Part shown: piece by piece, positions 1 through 10,055 of the stretch
How positions within the stretch are numbered: position 1 is the first letter of the stretch
Layout: each line of letters starts with the position of its first letter
Source: Deltaproteobacteria bacterium
GTDB taxonomy: Bacteria > Desulfobacterota > Binatia > UBA12015
Direction: 5' to 3'
Length of the DNA: 64,000 nucleotides
Assembly (NCBI GenBank): GCA_046583355.1
Contig: JAYGCM010000025.1
Location: 32,921-96,920 of the forward strand
The notes under the pieces: generated by a model
The model's database searches: none
What the model was told of the DNA's origin: nothing
The model's input: the letters and a program-made list of their open reading frames with translations, nothing else
Translations under genes and position numbers: made by a program

Positions 1-1890
1 GATCTCGTAGGTGCTGCCGGCCGGACAGATAAGGTCGAAATCGATCGTGTAGGTGGCCGGCACGCTCGCTGTGATATTGCCGCCGCCGGTCAGCACGACC
101 TCGCAATCGGTCGCGACATTCTGACGGTAGACGGTCGAGAACATGCCTTGGTTCGAGTTGAGCGCCGCGAGTTCGGTGTGGGTCTGATCGTAGCAATTGC
201 CGAAGGCGGTATGGCTGGGGCCGTGGTTCGTCGTACCGTCCGCCAGAGAGACGACGTTCACGATCGCGGCGATCGTGGTGGCAATCGGCTCCGGTGTGGG
301 GGCGGGTGTCGGCGTTGAAGTCGGCTCGGCGGTGGGCGTCGGGGTCGAAGTCTGCTGGGGCGTCGGCGTCGGCTCGGGGGTTGGGGTAGGCGTCGGGCTT
401 GGCGAATTTGTCGGTTCTGCGGTGGGCGTTGGGCTGGGCGAATTCGTCGGCACCGGCGTCGGCACGCCGGGCGCGCCGATTGCCAGCAACTGGAAGCGTA
501 CGACCTGGGCCAGGTCGACGACCTGGTTCAGCACCGGCGCAAGGAAATCCATCGCGAAGAGCGGCGCCGTGAGGCTTGCGGTTGTCGTGCCCGGCTCGCC
601 CCAAGTGGCGCATTCCAGTGGTACGCCGCCGAGTGCTGTCGTATTCGTGCCGGCGGTACCCGGCGCGCCGTCGATCCAATCGTTCTGCACGGTACTTGTC
701 GCGACACCGCTGACGAAGGCCGAGGTGATCTCGGGTGCGCCCGAATAATCGAGCAGGCTGCAATCGGCGTCGTTGCTGCCCGCGACCGCCAGACGCAGGC
801 GCACGCGCACGACGGCCTCGCCGGCAGCCGCCGTCGCATCCGCGTGGAAGCCGATCGCCAAGGTCGGCTGGCCGGCCACGCCGGCACCGTGCGAGTCGAC
901 GACGAGGTCGGCATCACTGTGGGTGCCACCATCGCAATCGATCCAGCCGGTGTTCGTGGAGTCCGGGTCGAGCTGCAAACAGAGGGTGCCTATCGAGCCG
1001 AGTTGTTGGGCGAGGTCCGGTAGCTTTGCGCCGATATGCACGCGTCCGGTGAGGCCGAGTTCGGCGCGGCCATCCGCGCCGGCTATGCCGCGGGCGAGCA
1101 CGATCTCTGCGGTGCCGAAGTCGCCGTCGGTCGCGTTGGCAAAGGCATTCGCTCCGGTGAAATCGAAGACTCGCAGCCAGGTCGATTCGCCATCGTCTGC
1201 CGGCAGCAATGCGCCGCTGCCTGGGATTATCGAATAGGCAGCGCAGGTCATCCCCGGCGGGCAGAGCTGGCCATCGGGAGACGGCGTCGGCTCGGCTGCC
1301 GGCGTGGGCGTCGGTTCGGCTGTGCCGGTCGGCGCCGGTGTTGGTGTCGGTTCGGGCAGGCAGGCGATGGTGCCGCGATTGGCGACGGCGATGGTCGAGG
1401 TATTTTTCTTGAAGGCGGGGAAAAGGCCACAAAGTGGATCATCGTCGCCAATACCGAAGTGGACTTCCAGCGAAGGATCCGGTGCCAAAGGCAGGGGCGG
1501 GGGCTCGAAATGTACCCCCTTGAATTGCACTTGGAGCAGGCCCATACGGTATTTGACGAGTTTCACACCGGCGCGACTCGCAGCGGAATCTTTGTAGGTA
1601 TACGCAGTCGGCGTGCTCTTCCAGAAACTACAGGGCAGATCGATTTTTCCTGTGTCGTAATCGCCGGTGGCCTTGATGCGCACCCAGGGTGCCTCGTCCG
1701 GGCAGAGCAATGGGTTCGTGAGAGGATCGATATTCGGATCCTTCACGAAGCGCAGGACGGCCAGATTTCTCGCGGGATTGATGGAGTTCTTGACGCGGGC
1801 GGTGCGCCCCTGCGAGAGGGTGGCGGCGTCGGCCCCGGCGGCGACCCCCAAGAACAAGACGAGTAACGAGGGAATGAGCTTTTGGATCAT
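1..1890 (-). CDS. Large secreted protein with Pro/Thr-rich linkers (partial; runs off the left edge)
   Basis: Absent from the ORF track because no stop lies in the window. Manual translation from ATG 1890 gives signal peptide [22 protein letters not shown], Cys-containing domains and two PTPTP linkers (about 290-470 and 1280-1360). Confidence 0.85.
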   Translation of the reverse strand, partial: MIQKLIPSLLVLFLGVAAGADAATLSQGRTARVKNSINPARNLAVLRFVKDPNIDPLTNPLLCPDEAPWVRIKATGDYDTGKIDLPCSFWKSTPTAYTYKDSAASRAGVKLVKYRMGLLQVQFKGVHFEPPPLPLAPDPSLEVHFGIGDDDPLCGLFPAFKKNTSTIAVANRGTIACLPEPTPTPAPTGTAEPTPTPAAEPTPSPDGQLCPPGMTCAAYSIIPGSGALLPADDGESTWLRVFDFTGANAFANATDGDFGTAEIVLARGIAGADGRAELGLTGRVHIGAKLPDLAQQLGSIGTLCLQLDPDSTNTGWIDCDGGTHSDADLVVDSHGAGVAGQPTLAIGFHADATAAAGEAVVRVRLRLAVAGSNDADCSLLDYSGAPEITSAFVSGVATSTVQNDWIDGAPGTAGTNTTALGGVPLECATWGEPGTTTASLTAPLFAMDFLAPVLNQVVDLAQVVRFQLLAIGAPGVPTPVPTNSPSPTPTAEPTNSPSPTPTPTPEPTPTPQQTSTPTPTAEPTSTPTPAPTPEPIATTIAAIVNVVSLADGTTNHGPSHTAFGNCYDQTHTELAALNSNQGMFSTVYRQNVATDCEVVLTGGGNITASVPATYTIDFDLICPAGSTYEI

Positions 1891-2033
1891 TGGTCGGAAA
1901 CCCTCTGGCAAAACCATCTAAACGAGTGTTTGTTCGGGGGTCAAGTCTTGTCGTGTAAAGAGTCGGAGTTTCCTCGGCGGGCTGTCCTCAAGCAGGCTGG
2001 GGTGGCGTCTGACGATGTGCTTGGATCTGGCAG

Positions 2034-2726
2034 GTGACGAAGGACGCCGAGACATTGGTCGTCGTCTTTGCGCGTCTGCCGGAGGCGGGCCGGGTAAAGA
2101 CAAGGCTCGCGCGCACCTTGGGCGACGCGCTCACCGCCGATCTCTATGCGGCGTTTATTACCGATCTACTCGCCGAGTTGTCGGACGGTCCGTGGTCCTT
2201 TCGGGTCGCGGTTGCGGGCGAGCCGGCCGCGTTTGCTGCGCGCTTCGGGCTTGCGGCGGGAGTATGCGTAGCCCAGAGCGGGGAAGGTCTGGGCGCCCGC
2301 ATGGAGGCCGCCTTCTGCGTGGCTCTGGAGCAGGAGGGTTTCGCGCGCTGCATTCTGGTCGGCTCGGACCTGCCGCAACTGGCGCGCGCGCCGGTTGCGC
2401 AGGCCGCCGCGGCGCTGGCACTCGGTGCGAGCGACCTCGTGCTCGGTCCGGCCCTCGATGGTGGCTATTATCTCATCGCGATGGCCCGGCCGCAGGCGGT
2501 TTTTGCCGATATTCCTTGGAGCACAGCGGCCGTTCTGGCGCGGACGCGGGAGCGGGCGCGGGGGCTTGGCCTGCGCTGCGCTCTGCTCGATGAGGATTTC
2601 GATATCGACACCGAGGCCGATCTGATGCGCTTGGAGGAATGGCTCGGCTCGCGCCCGGCCACCTGCCTGCCCGCCACCCGCGCCGCCTTGCGCCGAGCGA
2701 CTTCTTGGCGTTCGGGGGAGGGATGA
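2034..2726 (+). CDS. DUF2064/TIGR04282-type glycosyltransferase-like protein
   Basis: Motifs ARLPEAGRVKTRL, GEGLGARM, GSDLP, LGPALDGGYYLI, IPWST, DIDTEADL. Confidence 0.88.
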   Translation: MTKDAETLVVVFARLPEAGRVKTRLARTLGDALTADLYAAFITDLLAELSDGPWSFRVAVAGEPAAFAARFGLAAGVCVAQSGEGLGARMEAAFCVALEQEGFARCILVGSDLPQLARAPVAQAAAALALGASDLVLGPALDGGYYLIAMARPQAVFADIPWSTAAVLARTRERARGLGLRCALLDEDFDIDTEADLMRLEEWLGSRPATCLPATRAALRRATSWRSGEG

Positions 2727-3940
2727 AGCAATCCTCGCGAATCCACCGCTTTGAGGTGGCGGGCCTGGTCGTTCTCTTTGAGAGGATGGAGAGCCCGTTG
2801 GTCGCCTATTGTCTGAGCGTTGGCGCCGGCTCGCGCTTTGACGGCGACACGCCCGGGCTCGCGCATTTCAGCGAGCATATGCTCTTCCAGGGCACCGAGA
2901 ATTTCGACCAATTGGCGCTCAACCGCCGTGCGGCCGAGGTGGGCGGAAACCATAACGCGTTTACCGGCTATGATTCGCTGGCGCTGAACTTCGAGTCGTT
3001 TCCTGAAGATACGGCGGGTGCGCTCGACCTTCTTTTTGAACAATTCTATCGTACCCGCCTGGATGCGGGCCGCTTTCGCAAAGAAAAGCGCATCGTCCTG
3101 GACGAAGTGCGTGGCGTGCGCGAAGATCCTTTCGAGAATTTGGCCGAGCATGCCTGGCGCGAATTTTATGCCGACCCGATCGGCAACCCGATTGCCGGCA
3201 CGGCGGGCTCGGTACGTGCCATTCGTGTCGAGGACGTTGAGCGTTTCTACAAGCGCCGCTTCGTCAACGCCAACGCCGTACTCGCGGTGGTGGGCGACCT
3301 GGACCCGGCGCGGCTGCGCCGTCAGTTGTGCGCGCGGATCGACCCACGTCGGGTCGGGCGTCGTGTGAAGGCGCGCCCCGTGCAGGCCGGCACGGGGAAG
3401 TCGTTTACCCGCCGTTCGCGCCAGGCCGGCCAATCCCATGTCCATCGGTTGCATGCGATCGACTCCCGGCCGCGCCCCTTTCTCGCCGTCGAGATCGCCC
3501 TGGATCTGGTCGGGGCCGACCCGGATAGCCAGCTCTTTCAGGCTGTCCGCGAAGATCACGGCCTTGGCTACGATGTCTCGGCTGAGGCCGAGTGGGGCCG
3601 GGGCTTTGCCGCGGCGATGGTCTCGGCCAGCGCCGGGCCGAGTGAAGGGCGGCGCCTCGGTGCTGTGATCGAGGAGGTCCTGGCGAACTCTGTGGAAGCC
3701 GGTTTTTCCGAGGCGGATCTGGAGCGGGCCCGGCATAAGCGCCGCTATTCGCATGCCCTGCTGGGCGAGCGGCGCCTCGACCGCGCCGTTGCGCGCGCCG
3801 AATCCGAACTCACGGGTTTCCCCTCGCTCGAAGAGGCTCGCTGGATTCTGGATGATTTGAGCCATACCGAGATCCAGCGGGCGTGGAAGCGGGCTGTCGA
3901 GGGCCGCTGCCTGATTGCGATCCGCGAATCCGCTCGCTGA
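2723..3940 (+). CDS. M16 (pitrilysin-family) Zn peptidase
   Basis: HFSEH (HxxEH) motif, NAFT, and C-terminal-half REDHGLGY. ATGA overlap with the upstream stop supports start 2723. Confidence 0.9.
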   Translation: MKQSSRIHRFEVAGLVVLFERMESPLVAYCLSVGAGSRFDGDTPGLAHFSEHMLFQGTENFDQLALNRRAAEVGGNHNAFTGYDSLALNFESFPEDTAGALDLLFEQFYRTRLDAGRFRKEKRIVLDEVRGVREDPFENLAEHAWREFYADPIGNPIAGTAGSVRAIRVEDVERFYKRRFVNANAVLAVVGDLDPARLRRQLCARIDPRRVGRRVKARPVQAGTGKSFTRRSRQAGQSHVHRLHAIDSRPRPFLAVEIALDLVGADPDSQLFQAVREDHGLGYDVSAEAEWGRGFAAAMVSASAGPSEGRRLGAVIEEVLANSVEAGFSEADLERARHKRRYSHALLGERRLDRAVARAESELTGFPSLEEARWILDDLSHTEIQRAWKRAVEGRCLIAIRESAR

Positions 3941-4012
3941 GCGGCCGAGCGGCCCGGCCGGACCTCTTGTGCTGCGGTGGCTGTTCGGGTGGTCGCCTGC
4001 TTAAATCCGCCC

Positions 4013-5602
4013 GTGGAAGAACGTAATCAAATGGCCGTCTTCATCGATTTCGACAATATCGAAATCGGTGTGAAGATGACTCTCAACACCACTCTTGACT
4101 TGGCCCTTGTGCTCGACGCGCTCAAAGAACGCGCCGAAGTTGTATCGAAAAGCGCATATGGGGACTGGGCAAGGGCGGGCAATCATAGTCGTACGCTAAC
4201 CGATCACGCGGTGCACATGGTGCAACGCAATGTCACCCCTCGTGGCGACAAGAACGGTGCGGACATCAACCTCGTCGTCGACGCTCTGGAGATGTGCTTC
4301 ACACGCCCGCACATCAACAGCTTTGCGATCGTCGGCGGTGATTCGGATTTTATTGCGCTTGTCGAAAAACTGAAACAATACGGCAAGCGAGTCTTTGTAG
4401 TGGGCGGACGTGCCTTCACCAGCGGTATCATGGCCCGGAATTGTCACGAGTTCATCTCGTATGAAAACCTTTTGAGTGGCTCGCGTGGCCGCGGCGGCGG
4501 TCATGGCCGCGGTGGTGGTGGTGGTGGTGGTGGCGGAAGCAGCAGTAGCCGTATCTCGCTGGAGAAGGGCTTCGCCATGGTCCAGCGTGCGCTCAAAATT
4601 CTCGCCGACCGTGGCGTTCAGCCGCAACTCGGTCCGATCAAGAGCACCTTGTTGCAGCTGGATTCGACCTTCAGTGAACGCGATTTCGGCGTCTCGTCGT
4701 TCCGCGAGTTCATTCAGCGCTTGGCGGATAAGAAGTTCCTTTCGATGAAACGCATCGATCAGGGTTATCTCGTTGAGTTGGATGGCGACGGCCATATCGA
4801 GTCAAGCGAAGGTGCCGAAGAGAGCGCAGAGTCCAAGACCGACGAGAGGCCGTCGCGCCGGCGCGGCTCGCGGGGCGGCTCGCGCGGCGGGGCCCGGCGC
4901 GAGGCGAGCAGCGAGGACAGCGGCTCGGAGGACAGCAGCTCGGACAAAGCGGCGTCTCCGACCAGCGAATCTCCTGGCGAGGACTCGGCTTCTGCCGAAG
5001 CAGCATCAACTGGCCCTCTGGTGCCGGCCGATGGCCTGGCTCTTCTGGGCAAGGCTGCGGGGAATCTCTCCGAGAAGCGCGCGGGCAAACCGGTTTATGT
5101 GCGCCACTTGGCACAGGAGCTACGCGCGATCGGCGGCGAGTTCGACGAGACCCGCTACGGGTTCCGCACGCTGACCGAAATGGCGCAGCAAGCGCAGAAG
5201 GCCGGCTTCCTGGTCATGCAGCGCGATCGTGTGGGTGCCTGGCGAGTCGGCCTCCCCGAGGGCGGTGCACCACCGGTCGAGGGCAAGTCCGCCGCGGAGT
5301 CTGCCGATGCAGGGGCCTCCACCGAGGCGGTAGAAGCGTCGAGCGCAGAGCCGGCCGAGGAGGGCGGCGAGTCCTCCGGGCTGGCGAGCAAGAAGACGGC
5401 GGCGAAGAAAAAGTCGACTACCGCGAAGAGGGCTCCGGCCAAGAAGGCCGCAGCGAAGAAGACTACGGCGAAAAAGGTCGTAGCCAAGAAGACCACGGCG
5501 AAGAAGACCACCGCCCAAAAGACCACGGCGAAGAAGACCACCGCCAAGAAGACTACGGCAAAGAAAACCGTCGCGAAGGCGTCGGACGTATCCGAGGGTT
5601 AG
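4013..5602 (+). CDS. NYN (LabA/DUF88) RNase-family protein with two OST-HTH/LOTUS domains and a histone-H1-like tail
   Basis: FIDFDN, KNGADI, GDSDF; LOTUS-like FSERDFG and FDETRYGF; AKKTT repeats. Start uncertain (3977, 4013 or 4031). Confidence 0.9.
   Translation: MEERNQMAVFIDFDNIEIGVKMTLNTTLDLALVLDALKERAEVVSKSAYGDWARAGNHSRTLTDHAVHMVQRNVTPRGDKNGADINLVVDALEMCFTRPHINSFAIVGGDSDFIALVEKLKQYGKRVFVVGGRAFTSGIMARNCHEFISYENLLSGSRGRGGGHGRGGGGGGGGGSSSSRISLEKGFAMVQRALKILADRGVQPQLGPIKSTLLQLDSTFSERDFGVSSFREFIQRLADKKFLSMKRIDQGYLVELDGDGHIESSEGAEESAESKTDERPSRRRGSRGGSRGGARREASSEDSGSEDSSSDKAASPTSESPGEDSASAEAASTGPLVPADGLALLGKAAGNLSEKRAGKPVYVRHLAQELRAIGGEFDETRYGFRTLTEMAQQAQKAGFLVMQRDRVGAWRVGLPEGGAPPVEGKSAAESADAGASTEAVEASSAEPAEEGGESSGLASKKTAAKKKSTTAKRAPAKKAAAKKTTAKKVVAKKTTAKKTTAQKTTAKKTTAKKTTAKKTVAKASDVSEG
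5392..5580 (+). repeat. Degenerate 15-bp coding repeats encoding (AKKTT)n
   Basis: Units like aagaagaccacggcg repeated in the 3' end of the NYN gene. Confidence 0.85.
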
Positions 5603-5605
5603 CCT

Positions 5606-5652
5606 GAAGGTCCGGCCGGGAGCATATTCTGCTTCCGGCCGGACCTTCTTTT
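5606..5652 (+). terminator. Intrinsic terminator after the NYN gene
   Basis: gaaggtccggccgg...ccggccggaccttc stem followed by tttt. Confidence 0.85.
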
Positions 5653-5706
5653 GGGTCGGACCTCTAGAGGCACGGCCGAAAAGTAGGCCTGCATCCGGGC
5701 GCCGCG

Positions 5707-8700
5707 TCAGCCGAACGCGATGAGTTCGCGGATATCGGCTTCGGTGAGCCGCGGAAGTGCGGTCTCGCCATCGTCGAGAATGGTTCGGGCCAGCGCACGC
5801 TTTTCTTCCTTCATGCGTTGGATGCCTTCCTCGATCGTGCCCTCAGCAATGATCCGGTACACCGAGACCGTTCGGGTCTGGCCGATTCGGTGGGCCCGAT
5901 CAGTGGCCTGGTCTTCGACGGCGGGGTTCCACCACGGATCCATATGGATCACGACATCTGCCGCGGCCAGGTTGATGCCGGTGCCTCCGGCCTTGAGGCT
6001 CAGGAGGAATACCGGCATATCGCCGTCGCGGAAATTGTCGAGGACTTTCTCACGGTTGCGGGTGCGGCCGTCGAGGTAGGTGTATTCGGTGCCGCTGGAC
6101 TCGAGCTCTTTGCGCAGCAAGGTGAGAAATTCGACGAATTGGCTGAAGACCAGGGCGCGGCGGCCGCTGGCGACGACCTCGGCGATCAGTTCGCGGAAGG
6201 CGCCGAGTTTCGCCGAATGGTCCGCCTTGAAGCTTTTGTCGATGAGGCGCGGATCACACGCCATTTGGCGCAGGCGCAGAAGAGCGGTGAGCACCAGCAT
6301 GCGGTTGGAGTCGAGGCCGCCGTCTTCCATGCGGCCCTCGAGGTCGGCGCGTGTCGCGGCGGCCAGAGCCGCGTAGGCCCGGCGTTGCTCGGTCGTGAGT
6401 TCTACAACGACATCGCTTTCGATTTTTTCGGGGAGATCGGTTTGTACTTCGCGCTTGGTGCGGCGGAGTACGAAGGGACGGATACGCGCGCGCAGGGCGG
6501 CGGCCTCTTCGCTGGCACCGGGTGCCGGGGCGGCGCGGTTTTCACCGGCCTCGACCACCGCCTCGGTGACCGGGCGCTCGTAGCGACGCGAGAAATTCCG
6601 CCAGGTGCCGAGCATGCCGGCATTGGCAAAATCGAGGATCGACCAAAGTTCGAGCAGTCGATTCTCAACCGGCGTGCCGGTCAGGCCCAGGCGGGCCTCG
6701 GCGTCGAGTGCTTTGGCCGCCGCGGTGGTCGCGGCCGTATGGTTCTTGATATGCTGCGCTTCGTCCAAGACGACGCAGCGGAAGGGGATATTTTTGAGCC
6801 GGTCTACGTCGCGGCGCAGGAGGGCATAGGTTGTGACGATGAGATCGTGGTTGGCGACCTCGTCGTAGCGCTCGTGGCGCTCGGCGCCGTGCAGCAGCAT
6901 GCCCTTGAGGCCGGGGACGAAACGCTTCGCCTCGCGAATCCAGTTGGGGGCAACCGAGGTCGGCGCGACGATCAGGGTCGGGGCTTGCCCGTCGCGGGAT
7001 TTTCTCCAGTCGAGCAGGGCCAGCGTCTGGATGGTTTTACCGAGGCCCATATCGTCGGCGAGGATGCCGCCGAGTTCCAACTCGGCAAGGAATTGCAGCC
7101 AGGCCAGACCGGTTTCCTGGTAGGGGCGCAGCTCGCCTACGAGGCCGGGTGCGGGCTCGGGCTTGGCGGCGACCTCAAGTGCACGCAGGCGATGGATCCA
7201 TTCGCCCACCTTCTCTTCGAGTTCGACGGAGTCTGTGAGTTCGCCGAGATGCTCGATTTCACCGAGGGCGGTGCGGGCCAGCTCGCCGCGGCCGGTTTCG
7301 GCCAGCGATTCGGGCAAGGAGGCGGCCAGGGCGGCGACTTTCTCGCCGAGTTCGGCCACGCTGCCGTCGGAGAGTTGGACCCAGCGCCGCCGCGCTGTCA
7401 ATGCATCCCGGACTGCCTGGACGTCGGCTTCGACGCCATCGGCGGCGATCTTGAGCGCGACATCCAGCAATCGGCCACGCCCGAGCCGTACGCTCATCGA
7501 CGAACTCAACGAGCCGCGGGCAACCATTTGTCCAAGGTTGGGTGGTGCGAGCACCTCTTGAATATCGCCGTCAGCGCAGGCTCCCTTCACCAGCGCGCGT
7601 AAATCGTGCAGGTAGAAGCGCACCGCGCGGTCATCGCGTGCGCGCCAGGTCGCCTCGTCTTCTGGCGTGGTATTGGTGCGTTTGCGCCGCGAGGGCGCGG
7701 GCAGGCGAAGGGGGGTCGCACTCAGCATGCTGAGGGCGCGGCGCTCGCGGTCCGGATCGCGTGACTCGTCGTCAATATGCGCGACGGTGGTCGGGCTGAG
7801 TAGGTAGCTTCCCGTTTCGTAGGTTGCGCGCAGAACGGCGCGTGCCTCAAAGGCGGTGCCTTCGACCTCAAGCGAAATCCGTGGCCTGGGCAGCGGCGGC
7901 AGCCCGAGTGCTTCGCGCTCGGGCAGGAGAACGCCTTCTTCTTCGAAACTCTGGCGCAGCAGGACGGGCAGTTCGCGGATTTCGGCCTCGGTGAAGGCCA
8001 CCCAAGTCTGGCTGGCGAGCCGTGAGAGGGCAATTGGTCCGACGTCTTCTGCGACCCGTGCGAAGGTGCGGCGCACGGGCGAGTAAATCCACGAGGTCGA
8101 GCCGCGCAGGAGTATGGCCTCCTCGAAGGGGATGCCATCGCTGCCGTCCGGGCGCTCCCAATGCGCTTCGAGGACGAACGTCTTGTTGTCGGTCTCCTCA
8201 TGCTCTTCGTCTTCGGGGATGCCGAGGAGGCGCGCGAAGGCACGGCGACCGATCGGGCCATCTTCTTTTTCGAACGCGGCTCGCGCGCCCTCCAGGCGAT
8301 CTTTTTCCTCGGCGATCTCGGCGCGTCGCTCAAGCAGGATCGGGTGCCCGTGCGCTTCGCCGGGTTCGGCGTCGCGGAAGCTCAGGGCAGGCCGGCGGAC
8401 GATCTCGTCGAAGGTGACGGTACCGGCGTCGCCCGGTGCCTCAAGAATGAGGTCGGCCTCGGATGCCCGTTCCAGAAAAAGACAGGCGTTTTCGGTGTCC
8501 GCGATGAAATCTCGCTGGCCGATGGGTGAGCGCGTGAGGCTCTCGAAGATGCGCCATTCGCGCGCCGGCAGCCGTCGGCCGTCGAGGTCGTCGGGCGTGA
8601 AGGGACGATTTTCTCCCGGCGGGTGGACCTCGATGAGGAGGCGGGCGGGCTTGTCGAAAGCGTCTTCGCCGGGGGGCTCTACTCGCAGGACGTAGCGCGC

Positions 8701-8910
8701 GTCGCCCAAGGGGCGCAGCGGGCCACGGCGTCGCCATGCCTCGAAGGTCTCGTCGAGGAAATCGGGGTCGCCAGTGGCGGTAGCGTCGTCGGCAAGCGCT
8801 TCAAGATCGACCGAATGCTCGTAGGCTTTGCTACGGGCGAGGCGGCGCCTTTCAAGCTCCTGGGTTTCGGTCAGGGCGGCGGGCTTCTGGTTTTTCTCGG
8901 CTTGAGACAT
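5707..8910 (-). CDS. SNF2-family (SWI2/SNF2) helicase
   Basis: ADDMGLGKT, DEAQ, LTGTPVEN, GGTGINL, QATDRAHRIGQ. Confidence 0.95.
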   Translation of the reverse strand: MSQAEKNQKPAALTETQELERRRLARSKAYEHSVDLEALADDATATGDPDFLDETFEAWRRRGPLRPLGDARYVLRVEPPGEDAFDKPARLLIEVHPPGENRPFTPDDLDGRRLPAREWRIFESLTRSPIGQRDFIADTENACLFLERASEADLILEAPGDAGTVTFDEIVRRPALSFRDAEPGEAHGHPILLERRAEIAEEKDRLEGARAAFEKEDGPIGRRAFARLLGIPEDEEHEETDNKTFVLEAHWERPDGSDGIPFEEAILLRGSTSWIYSPVRRTFARVAEDVGPIALSRLASQTWVAFTEAEIRELPVLLRQSFEEEGVLLPEREALGLPPLPRPRISLEVEGTAFEARAVLRATYETGSYLLSPTTVAHIDDESRDPDRERRALSMLSATPLRLPAPSRRKRTNTTPEDEATWRARDDRAVRFYLHDLRALVKGACADGDIQEVLAPPNLGQMVARGSLSSSMSVRLGRGRLLDVALKIAADGVEADVQAVRDALTARRRWVQLSDGSVAELGEKVAALAASLPESLAETGRGELARTALGEIEHLGELTDSVELEEKVGEWIHRLRALEVAAKPEPAPGLVGELRPYQETGLAWLQFLAELELGGILADDMGLGKTIQTLALLDWRKSRDGQAPTLIVAPTSVAPNWIREAKRFVPGLKGMLLHGAERHERYDEVANHDLIVTTYALLRRDVDRLKNIPFRCVVLDEAQHIKNHTAATTAAAKALDAEARLGLTGTPVENRLLELWSILDFANAGMLGTWRNFSRRYERPVTEAVVEAGENRAAPAPGASEEAAALRARIRPFVLRRTKREVQTDLPEKIESDVVVELTTEQRRAYAALAAATRADLEGRMEDGGLDSNRMLVLTALLRLRQMACDPRLIDKSFKADHSAKLGAFRELIAEVVASGRRALVFSQFVEFLTLLRKELESSGTEYTYLDGRTRNREKVLDNFRDGDMPVFLLSLKAGGTGINLAAADVVIHMDPWWNPAVEDQATDRAHRIGQTRTVSVYRIIAEGTIEEGIQRMKEEKRALARTILDDGETALPRLTEADIRELIAFG

Positions 8911-9008
8911 CGGAACCTACAACCGTAGCTGCGGGCCCGCGGTGTCACAATACGGGCCCGGACTTGCACCATGGCGCCGCATGGCGCAAACAAGGAGGGG
9001 TGGATATC

Positions 9009-9380
9009 ATGATGGAAGGAACTCGTGTTCTGCGCATATGCTTGGTGGGCGCGCTGATCGCCTTGGTTTCGCTGGCGCTACCGGGCGCAGCGGTGGCCGG
9101 GGATCTGGAACGTGTTGACGCGAAACGCGTCTGCATGGTCAACGATACCCTTTTCCCGCGCGATCAGATCCCCGTCGAGGTCGACGGCAAGACCTATTTC
9201 GGCTGCTGCGAGATGTGCAAAGGTCGCCTCGCCAAGGATGCCGCCATTCGCACAGCTACCGACCCCGTCACCGGCAAAAGCGTTGACAAGGCGATTGCGG
9301 TGATTGGCGCGGCGCCTGACGGTCACGTCGAATATTTCGAGAGCGAAGCGTCGTTCGCCCTCTACTCCAACAATTCCTAG
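9009..9380 (+). CDS. Exported YHS/TRASH-like metal-binding protein
   Basis: Signal peptide; CMVND...DGKTYFGCCEMC...DPVTG; GGAGG RBS upstream. Confidence 0.8.
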   Translation: MMEGTRVLRICLVGALIALVSLALPGAAVAGDLERVDAKRVCMVNDTLFPRDQIPVEVDGKTYFGCCEMCKGRLAKDAAIRTATDPVTGKSVDKAIAVIGAAPDGHVEYFESEASFALYSNNS

Positions 9381-9398
9381 GGAGAGGGGGCGCACATC

Positions 9399-9938
9399 AT
9401 GTCGGCGGATCGCCGCAAGCAGACCGAGACGGACGCCAATTCTGCGTCGAGTGGCGATGATGCCGATTGGCTCGACGCGATCAGCGATGTCGACGAGATT
9501 GATGCTGAGACGCGCGGGCCGGATTTCGTCGCCAGCGAACCGACAACCGGGCTCGCCGAGCATTTTCGCCAGCGCCAGCATGTCGAGCCGACGATCACCG
9601 AAGATCCAGCCTTCGCCATCGACGGCCATACGATGGAGCGCATTCGGCGCGGCAAGGTACCCATCAAAGCGCAGGTCGACCTGCACGGTTGCACGCAGGA
9701 AGAGGCCTTCGCTTCCGTCAATCAATTTCTCGACCAGCAATGGCAGGCCGGCCACCAACTCGTGCTCGTGATCACCGGCAAGGGCACGGCGCGCGATGGC
9801 GGCGGCGTATTGCGCACCGCCGTGCCGCGCTGGATCACAGAGGGGCGCTACCGCGATTGCCTGGTCGGCATCGCGGCGGCCGAGTCGCGCGATGGCGGCG
9901 AAGGCGCCATCTATGTGATGCTGCGCAAGCAGCGCTGA
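9399..9938 (+). CDS. Smr/MutS2 domain protein
   Basis: VDLHG, VITGKG, GVLR, GGEGA. Confidence 0.9.
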   Translation: MSADRRKQTETDANSASSGDDADWLDAISDVDEIDAETRGPDFVASEPTTGLAEHFRQRQHVEPTITEDPAFAIDGHTMERIRRGKVPIKAQVDLHGCTQEEAFASVNQFLDQQWQAGHQLVLVITGKGTARDGGGVLRTAVPRWITEGRYRDCLVGIAAAESRDGGEGAIYVMLRKQR

Positions 9939-10055
9939 GGAGTCGGTCGCACGGGCCCCTATCGTCTGGTGGCGGGGGGACGATAGAAGTAAGGAAGTAT
10001 CCCGCATTCACCCACGTCGCCTGATTCCGGGGAGGCGCCAATCAGGGCCGATCCA

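Noticed and set aside
5818..7602. Long antisense ORFs (also 2468-3865, 11291-13486, 24408-26504, 48952-50367)
   Set aside because: Shadow frames of well-supported genes in high-GC DNA, with no motifs.
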